From the NCBI RefSeq assembly GCF_012272835.1, contig NZ_JAAWWK010000008.1:103500-127499 (forward strand): a DNA stretch of 24,000 nucleotides, written 5' to 3'. This document shows positions 7,807-12,327 of this stretch, piece after piece (position 1 is the stretch's first letter; each line of letters opens with the position of its first letter). Both the position numbers and the translations under genes were made by a program. This stretch comes from Spongiibacter thalassae (GTDB lineage: Bacteria > Pseudomonadota > Gammaproteobacteria > Pseudomonadales > Spongiibacteraceae). The notes below the pieces were generated by a model, which did no database searches, was not told where the DNA came from, and worked only from the letters and a program-made list of their open reading frames with translations.

Positions 7807-8865
7807 TCAAACCTCAACAGATTCAAGCATATTTTTTAGCTTTAATACTCGATTTCTAATCGCTAGTGTGTCGCCTGTAGCTTGTGTCACAGCTTTATGA
7901 AACTCAGGATCATTTTCATATAAATCTCTAGTTGCAGATAGAACGGCATCTTGCGCGCCTTCTAACTCCTGAACCCTACCCGAATCTAAAAGAGAAACTG
8001 CTACCATTTGGGCATCAAAGAGTGGTGCAATAAGTTGTTCTCTCCAGCCATTATTCAATGGCTTTTGGAACGAGAAATCCCCCCAAAGCTTCTGGCAACG
8101 TTCTATCGAATATAGAAAAATCTCCCTCAGCTCATTGACTTCTGTGTGCTGGTTTTCTGCCATAAAGTCATCCATTGCCACGGATATCTTTTTACCAAAA
8201 TTCTCCCATCTACTACGAATTGTGAAGAACCTTAGAACTAGCTCTAGATCATCCATACTCCTATAAGCGGCTGATTTATTTGAAGTTATCTTTAACTTTT
8301 TTCTTAAAAACTCATTTTCGGACAACTCAAAAAGCAAGTCATTTAATGGTCCTGCGAACGCAACATTTCTTACCTCTTGAGCTTTCAAATTCTCGCCACC
8401 AGTATTAAGTCTCAAGAAAACCTCATATTTTAATTCTGGATCAGATTGTTTGAGCAGCGTTATTACACGCATAAATGGTCTAATAGAAAGCGCCCTCTTT
8501 AATTGAGAAGGCAGCTGCTCAAATGTAAATCCGTTTAGCTCTTGAACTTCTTTCAAATCCTTCAACTTGAATTTTCCAGATAGAAACTCGTAAATGGCTG
8601 TTATTCTTTGTTTGCCATCGATAACCGTATAAGTGCCATATTCATCTTCTGAGAGATAGACAGGTGGGACGGGTATATTTAGGAGAAATGACTCAATTAA
8701 TGCGGACTGTTTTTCGACGTGCCAGCGATCCCTTCTTTGATAATGGGGAGTTATATCTATTGACTCTAACTTAACCATATCCGCTATTGCCGAAAGTGAG
8801 AAATCAGATTGTTGAGTAACGAGGCTTTCCTGTGCTCTGGCGAATTTATCTAGTATTTCTTTCAT
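7807..8865 (-). CDS. DUF262 (ParB/sulfiredoxin-fold NTPase-like) domain protein with no DUF1524 nuclease domain
   Basis: DUF262 hallmarks are present: ITPHYQRRDRW, LIESFLLNIPVPPVYL, VIDGKQRITAI (DGKQR at 8605-8619) and FLRLNTGGENLKAQEVRN. The 352-aa ORF starts at ATG 8865. Confidence 0.9.
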   Translation of the reverse strand: MKEILDKFARAQESLVTQQSDFSLSAIADMVKLESIDITPHYQRRDRWHVEKQSALIESFLLNIPVPPVYLSEDEYGTYTVIDGKQRITAIYEFLSGKFKLKDLKEVQELNGFTFEQLPSQLKRALSIRPFMRVITLLKQSDPELKYEVFLRLNTGGENLKAQEVRNVAFAGPLNDLLFELSENEFLRKKLKITSNKSAAYRSMDDLELVLRFFTIRSRWENFGKKISVAMDDFMAENQHTEVNELREIFLYSIERCQKLWGDFSFQKPLNNGWREQLIAPLFDAQMVAVSLLDSGRVQELEGAQDAVLSATRDLYENDPEFHKAVTQATGDTLAIRNRVLKLKNMLESVEV

Positions 8866-8911
8866 TTCATATCCAAATTTTCAATCTGACTTGTTGATAT
8901 CAACCATATCC

Positions 8912-8980
8912 ATATAACGCCCAGCTCAGCGGGCAATTGAAGCGTAGCGTAAATTGATCCGCTGCAGCTGTTTGTTAGGC
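8912..8980 (-). repeat. attC-like site B (69 bp)
   Basis: The minus strand reads GCCTAAC-AAA-CAGCTGCAGCGG...CCGCTGAGCTG-GGC-GTTATAT. The first box abuts the TAG stop (8983-8981) of the upstream ORF. There is one extra G in the first arm. Confidence 0.7.
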
Positions 8981-9931
8981 CTACATTTCATATAGGCTCA
9001 GTCCCATTGCACTGCCAATTACATACCAAATATCTTGCCACTTTACATTTACTAAGTCAGTTCCAACATATCTGGTTTCGTCATTACCCCTTCGTAAAAG
9101 TTTGCCATTAGCGATATAGCTGAAATCATGCCCACCAAAATTTTCCACCGTCTTTTCTTTCGGTAAAACTGTCAGTAAAGGCTCTACGTAAACGGGGTCA
9201 TCTGCGACAACTAGAAATTGATCAAAGAGATGCGCAAAACTGACCATATGCTCACCTAACTCCAAGCTATACCATTCTTCGGACATTGTATTAATTCGTA
9301 CTTCGCCTTTTTCATATTCAAAGCATTGGCCATCTAAATGCTGCACCTCATGCTCATCCTCTGGGAGATGGAATATAAAAGCAGTTACGAAAGATTTTTC
9401 ATGCAGCCATTCAATCGCATGCGGGATGACGTTTTCAATAGGCTCGAAGGACAGCTCTCGACCAGGGTGTAATGTCTTGAAGAAGCGAAGTGCTTTAGCG
9501 GATTCCTGATAGAAAAACCTATAGTCTATATACAGGGCACGATAATTCGCTGGTTCCCGCTGCATCCTTTCCTTATATATTGTTCTTACCTCATCTACAC
9601 ACGCTTTGGCATTTCGGTTTATCTCTCGACCAGTAAACCGAATTACAGTATAGCCAGCCCGCGACAAATACCTTTGCCTGACTGCATCTTTCTCTAGTTG
9701 TTCGGGAGTAGAGTGGTAAGCATGTCCATCAAGCTCGATTATCAGACGTGCATCTCTTAAGATAAAATCAACTCTATAACGACCATGCTTTTCTTTATCA
9801 CCAAACCATTGCTCACTTTCTATTGCGTTGGCAAGATCATTTAGCTCTTTACTAAATTCTGCCTCAATATGAGAAGGCCCTCGATCTCTATACCAGCCTG
9901 GAGCATCTTTTGGCTGTCCTGGGTACTTCAT
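8981..9931 (-). CDS. DUF559/Vsr-like endonuclease-fold domain fused to an unrecognised C-terminal domain of about 190 aa
   Basis: The N-terminal region YRVDFILRDARLIIELDGHAYHSTPEQLEKDAVRQRYLSRAGYTVIRFTGREI matches the DUF559 pattern (D-F...IE-DG--H...D--R--L---G--V-RF). ATG 9931 is preceded by AAGGAG. I do not recognise residues from about 120 to 316. Confidence 0.85.
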   Translation of the reverse strand: MKYPGQPKDAPGWYRDRGPSHIEAEFSKELNDLANAIESEQWFGDKEKHGRYRVDFILRDARLIIELDGHAYHSTPEQLEKDAVRQRYLSRAGYTVIRFTGREINRNAKACVDEVRTIYKERMQREPANYRALYIDYRFFYQESAKALRFFKTLHPGRELSFEPIENVIPHAIEWLHEKSFVTAFIFHLPEDEHEVQHLDGQCFEYEKGEVRINTMSEEWYSLELGEHMVSFAHLFDQFLVVADDPVYVEPLLTVLPKEKTVENFGGHDFSYIANGKLLRRGNDETRYVGTDLVNVKWQDIWYVIGSAMGLSLYEM

Positions 9932-9946
9932 AGAACTCCTTTTGCG

Positions 9947-10004
9947 GCCTAACGCTTAAAGCAGCCGCGCGCATTTATTCGTCGGTTGCCTTTACTTGTT
10001 ATGC
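9947..10004 (-). repeat. attC-like site C (short, 58 bp)
   Basis: The minus strand reads GCATAAC-AAG-TAAAGGCAACCGACG-loop-CGCGGCTGCTTTA-AGC-GTTAGGC. The arms pair over 12 bp, with 2 extra bases and 1 mismatch on the first arm. The first box and spacer encode the last residues and the stop of the upstream ORF. Confidence 0.6.
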
Positions 10005-10336
10005 AATTCTTTAGTGCGAGCTGCATCAATACTGTAAATGTTTCTGCCACTTACCTTTCCCTCTTGTACTGACAAAACTACTCGGCCCCGGTATGTGTTT
10101 GGTAGTCGGCCCCAATCTCTGACGAAGACTTGAAGTCCACTGGGTAATCGCACATAGAATGCAGGATCAGCGGCAGACTTACCGGAAGAGTGCTTGGTGT
10201 AAGAAACCACCTCGGCCTCAATAAATTTTTTTCCGCCAGTGCCGGACTCAAACTGAAAATATGTAAGCGCACCGATGGCTAGGCAAACAGCCAGAACGCC
10301 AGCGGCTAACTTGATGTTCAATTCAACTGACTGCAT
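9992..10336 (-). CDS. Small membrane-anchored protein (one N-terminal TM helix plus a beta-rich C-terminal domain)
   Basis: From ATG 10336 the product is MQSVELNIKLAAGVLAVCLAIGALTYF... (114 aa). This ATG lies inside the GTTATGC box of the preceding attC-like site. The track start at 10360 is a TTG further inside that site. No family was recognised. Confidence 0.6.
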   Translation of the reverse strand: MQSVELNIKLAAGVLAVCLAIGALTYFQFESGTGGKKFIEAEVVSYTKHSSGKSAADPAFYVRLPSGLQVFVRDWGRLPNTYRGRVVLSVQEGKVSGRNIYSIDAARTKELHNK

Positions 10337-10422
10337 AACGCCCGCAACAAGGGCGCACAAATAAGCGCAGCGTTTTGGGCGTCCCAGCGACCATCGGGAG
10401 CGAATGCTTGCGCTTGTTATGT
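10333..10422 (-). repeat. attC-like site C2 (long, 90 bp)
   Basis: The minus strand reads ACATAAC-AAG-CGCAAGCA...TGTTGCG-GGC-GTTATGC. The terminal stem is 7 bp with one extra G on the first arm. The central part is longer and pairs less clearly. Confidence 0.55.
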
Positions 10423-10438
10423 TTTATTACGTATTTCA

Positions 10439-10666
10439 TTATTTGTTTATTTTCGTTTTAGTCTTACAAATCCACCAAAAGGATATTCCTGATACTGAGA
10501 ACAACCCAACGGATACGAACCTATGCCAATCATTGAAACATACGACTCCATTATTGGTGGTGATACATTCCTGGAACCACAACCGTAGCCCAATACCAGC
10601 CAAACATATAGTAATGAGCAGAGGGAGCATTCTTTCCAACCTTGAAGCGAGGCTATCGTCACTCAT
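10439..10666 (-). CDS. Possible small two-TM membrane protein (75 aa, or 63 aa from the internal Met)
   Basis: The ORF starts at an ATG and has two hydrophobic stretches (LPLLITICLAGIGLRLWF and FVSVGLFSVSGISFWWI). Its stop lies 16 nt before attC-like site C2, which fits the cassette layout. The SD at M1 is weak, and GGAAAGA precedes M13. Overlapping ORFs exist on both strands. Confidence 0.35.
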   Translation of the reverse strand: MSDDSLASRLERMLPLLITICLAGIGLRLWFQECITTNNGVVCFNDWHRFVSVGLFSVSGISFWWICKTKTKINK

Positions 10667-10711
10667 TCTCTGACCATTTTTTCAATGCGGTTAACTTGGG
10701 TACTCGCGAAA

Positions 10712-10783
10712 ACATAACGCTCGCAACACCGGGCAATTTGGAGCGCAGCGGAAAATTGTTCCGCGTGCTTGCGCTTGTTATAA
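10712..10783 (-). repeat. attC-like site D (72 bp)
   Basis: The minus strand reads (GGCC)TTATAAC-AAG-CGCAAGCACGCGG...CCGGTGTTGCG-AGC-GTTATGT. The first arm has two extra G residues. The TAA stop of the upstream ORF lies inside the first box. Confidence 0.7.
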
Positions 10784-11584
10784 GGCCGTTGCACCGATTA
10801 ACTCGTTTTCTAGGCTTTTTAAGTTAAATACCCTCACTTCTTGAGGAAACATGAAGGTCACTGCGCTCGACTCAACCTCACGCGTAAACTGCTCAAGTGC
10901 CTCACCTTCCAAGTCGGTCGCTATTGCAAGTAGCAACGTCATTTTGTCGCCTTTAATATCTGGGAGCTCTTGAAATGTCCTTTGGATCTTAACCAATGAA
11001 GATCTGACGTTTCTAAGAGATGTGGAGTCTTTTATATACTTAACTTCAATGGCGTATACTTGGTTGCTTTTCTTACCTATTGCATCAAATAAGAATTGGG
11101 ATTTTCCCGACCTAAGCATTACTTCCTTTTCAATTTCATCAAATTCTTGTGACAGCTTGGTTATTACAAGCTCTTCCGCAAGGTAGTGAGTAGATGCTGT
11201 ACTTCTACGGATGATATTTCTATATGCCAAATCCACATTGCTAATATCTGAACCTACTGAATCCTCTACTACCTCAGATTCAGCTTCTATCTCAGAACTT
11301 AACTTCTCAAGCCTGTCGCCGGCTGTCGGCTTCCCAAAGAGCTTAAGAAAATTATCTTCATCCTGAAAATCAGAAGGAGCGTAGAGAACTTTGTGATTGA
11401 AGTTTAAGGTTAGGAAGAACAGAAAAATCAAAATCGTAGGAAATATCATCAAAAACCATACATACAAGTCCTGACTCCCTTCCTTTAAAAAGGGCAAGAC
11501 TATTGTTCCACTCACTTCTGCCAGCCCGGCAAATATAGCGATAATGGTTAGCGGATTACTTACCTTTTTAATCGTTTCGATCAT
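10778..11584 (-). CDS. Two-TM membrane protein with a C-terminal PD-(D/E)xK-like (restriction-endonuclease-fold) motif
   Basis: The N-terminal helices are LTIIAIFAGLAEVSGTIVLPF and LYVWFLMIFPTILIFLFFLTLNF, followed by an acidic linker. Then come LAEELV...FLFDAIG...YAIEVKY, with D167, E180 and K182 at 11039-11086. ATG 11584 is preceded by GGAG. Confidence 0.8.
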   Translation of the reverse strand: MIETIKKVSNPLTIIAIFAGLAEVSGTIVLPFLKEGSQDLYVWFLMIFPTILIFLFFLTLNFNHKVLYAPSDFQDEDNFLKLFGKPTAGDRLEKLSSEIEAESEVVEDSVGSDISNVDLAYRNIIRRSTASTHYLAEELVITKLSQEFDEIEKEVMLRSGKSQFLFDAIGKKSNQVYAIEVKYIKDSTSLRNVRSSLVKIQRTFQELPDIKGDKMTLLLAIATDLEGEALEQFTREVESSAVTFMFPQEVRVFNLKSLENELIGATAL

Positions 11585-11604
11585 GGGCGCTCCAATTTCG
11601 CCTT

Positions 11605-11615
11605 GGCCTTATAAC
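11605..11615 (-). repeat. Orphan GTTRRRY-type core box at the head of the array (junction where attI or a further attC would be expected)
   Basis: The minus strand reads GTTATAAGGCC, the exact reverse complement of GGCCTTATAAC at the start of site D (10787-10777). The sequence upstream (11616 onward) does not resemble the other sites. Confidence 0.5.
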
Positions 11616-12038
11616 ATTATTATTATGAAGACCGGGGCCTTATATCACTGAGGCTCCTTATCTCGGGGGCTAAAATTGCAATGGAACCAGGAATCCTACA
11701 GATTCCATGGGCTTGGATGAATTTCGTCGAGTTAGTGATTGATGGTAGCAAGACTAGTTCCCTCTATCTGCTTTAGCTCCTTTTCCCCTGATCATATACC
11801 CACTCATATAAAAATCAATTAGTTAGCACTGGCAAAAAGGTGATAGTGAGCGTGTGGCTCCTGAAAAAGGGGAAAGTGGCGATTTGGGGGCAGCTTTTTT
11901 TTAAGCTGAGTGTCTGTTTTCTCCGAAGGGGGCGCTGGTGACTGTCCGCTTCTGACGAGCAGCCGACCTTCCTTGCGCCACTTGGAAGTGATGGGACGGG
12001 ATTATCAACAGGGTTTAGTGAGTGTCATCCCCCGATTA

Positions 12039-12060
12039 TGGGGTAGAGTCTGGGGTAGAG
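12039..12060 (+). repeat. Tandem 10-mer TGGGGTAGAG-tc-TGGGGTAGAG
   Basis: Two exact copies lie at 12039-12048 and 12051-12060, directly abutting the right-hand bracket repeat. Confidence 0.6.
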
Positions 12061-12092
12061 CCAAGCGGCCACTTTATGGGTGAATCGACAGG
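12061..12092 (+). repeat. Right copy of the imperfect direct repeat bracketing the island
   Basis: CCAAGCGGCCACTTTATGGGTGAATCGACAGG aligns with 6600-6632. It lies 22 nt from the 3' end of tRNA-Leu. Confidence 0.5.
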
Positions 12093-12114
12093 AGTTGGAA
12101 CTTTTGGGAAGAAA

Positions 12115-12201
12115 TGGTGCCCAGGAGAGGACTTGAACCTCCACGGCCGTGAAGCCACTAGCACCTGAAGCTAGCGTGTCTACCAATTTCACCACCTGGG
12201 C
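12115..12201 (-). tRNA. tRNA-Leu (anticodon CAG), class II with long variable arm, CCA encoded
   Basis: The minus strand reads GCCCAGGTGGTGAAATTGGTAGACACGCTAGCTTCAGGTGCTAGTGGCTTCACGGCCGTGGAGGTTCAAGTCCTCTCCTGGGCACCA. The acceptor stem is GCCCAGG/CCTGGGC. The anticodon stem is CTAGC/GCTAG with loop TTCAGGT. The T arm is GAGG-TTCAAGT-CCTC. Confidence 0.95.
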
Positions 12202-12239
12202 ATAGGGGATGAAGCGTGACTCAGTGAGTCGAGGCGCGC

Positions 12240-12268
12240 AATTTACTGATTAACCGCTTTTTTGTCAA
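12240..12268 (-). promoter_or_regulatory. Candidate sigma70 promoter for tRNA-Leu
   Basis: On the minus strand there is a perfect TTGACA (12268-12263), a 17-nt spacer and TAAATT (12245-12240). A GC-rich discriminator GCGCGCC follows, as is typical of stable-RNA promoters. Confidence 0.5.
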
Positions 12269-12327
12269 CGCTTGAGTTACACTATAGGCAAATTTTTTTT
12301 TGCATTGAGCACAGGAACTACTACTGC

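Larger units (their letters stand above)
6802..11615 (-). mobile_element. Integron-type gene-cassette array without an integrase in the window (CALIN-like): five cassettes of about 897, 379, 386, 1035 and 2110 bp
   Basis: Five attC-like sites have chained complementary end boxes. Extra unpaired bases always fall on the arm next to the first box. Every ORF is on the minus strand with its stop 0-16 nt from, or inside, its site. See the individual repeat features and finding 1. Confidence 0.65.

Noticed and set aside
8893-8902. Perfect 10-bp palindrome TTGATATCAA in the 5' leader of the DUF262 cassette, which could be a promoter or operator
   Set aside because: No acceptable -10 hexamer lies at the right spacing. 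Short AT-rich palindromes are expected by chance in this composition.
10404-10673. Plus-strand 89-aa ORF and a second minus-strand 71-aa ORF overlapping the 75-aa candidate
   Set aside because: The plus-strand ORF starts inside attC-like site C2 and runs against the array polarity. The 71-aa frame is Cys/Gly-rich and has no hydrophobic organisation. Only the 75-aa minus frame fits the cassette layout, and even that is low confidence.
6802-10783. Could the regularly recurring repeats be a CRISPR array?
   Set aside because: The repeats are 58-90 bp imperfect palindromes of unequal length. They are separated by 0.3-2.1 kb of coding sequence rather than by short uniform spacers. The structure fits attC sites and does not fit CRISPR.
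11616-12110. Looked for an intI gene or pseudogene and for a duplicated tRNA-Leu 3' end
   Set aside because: No ORF of 60 aa or more is present, and hand translation shows no tyrosine-recombinase-like peptides. Only a 7-nt match (AATGGTG) links the tRNA flank to the left boundary, which is too short to call.
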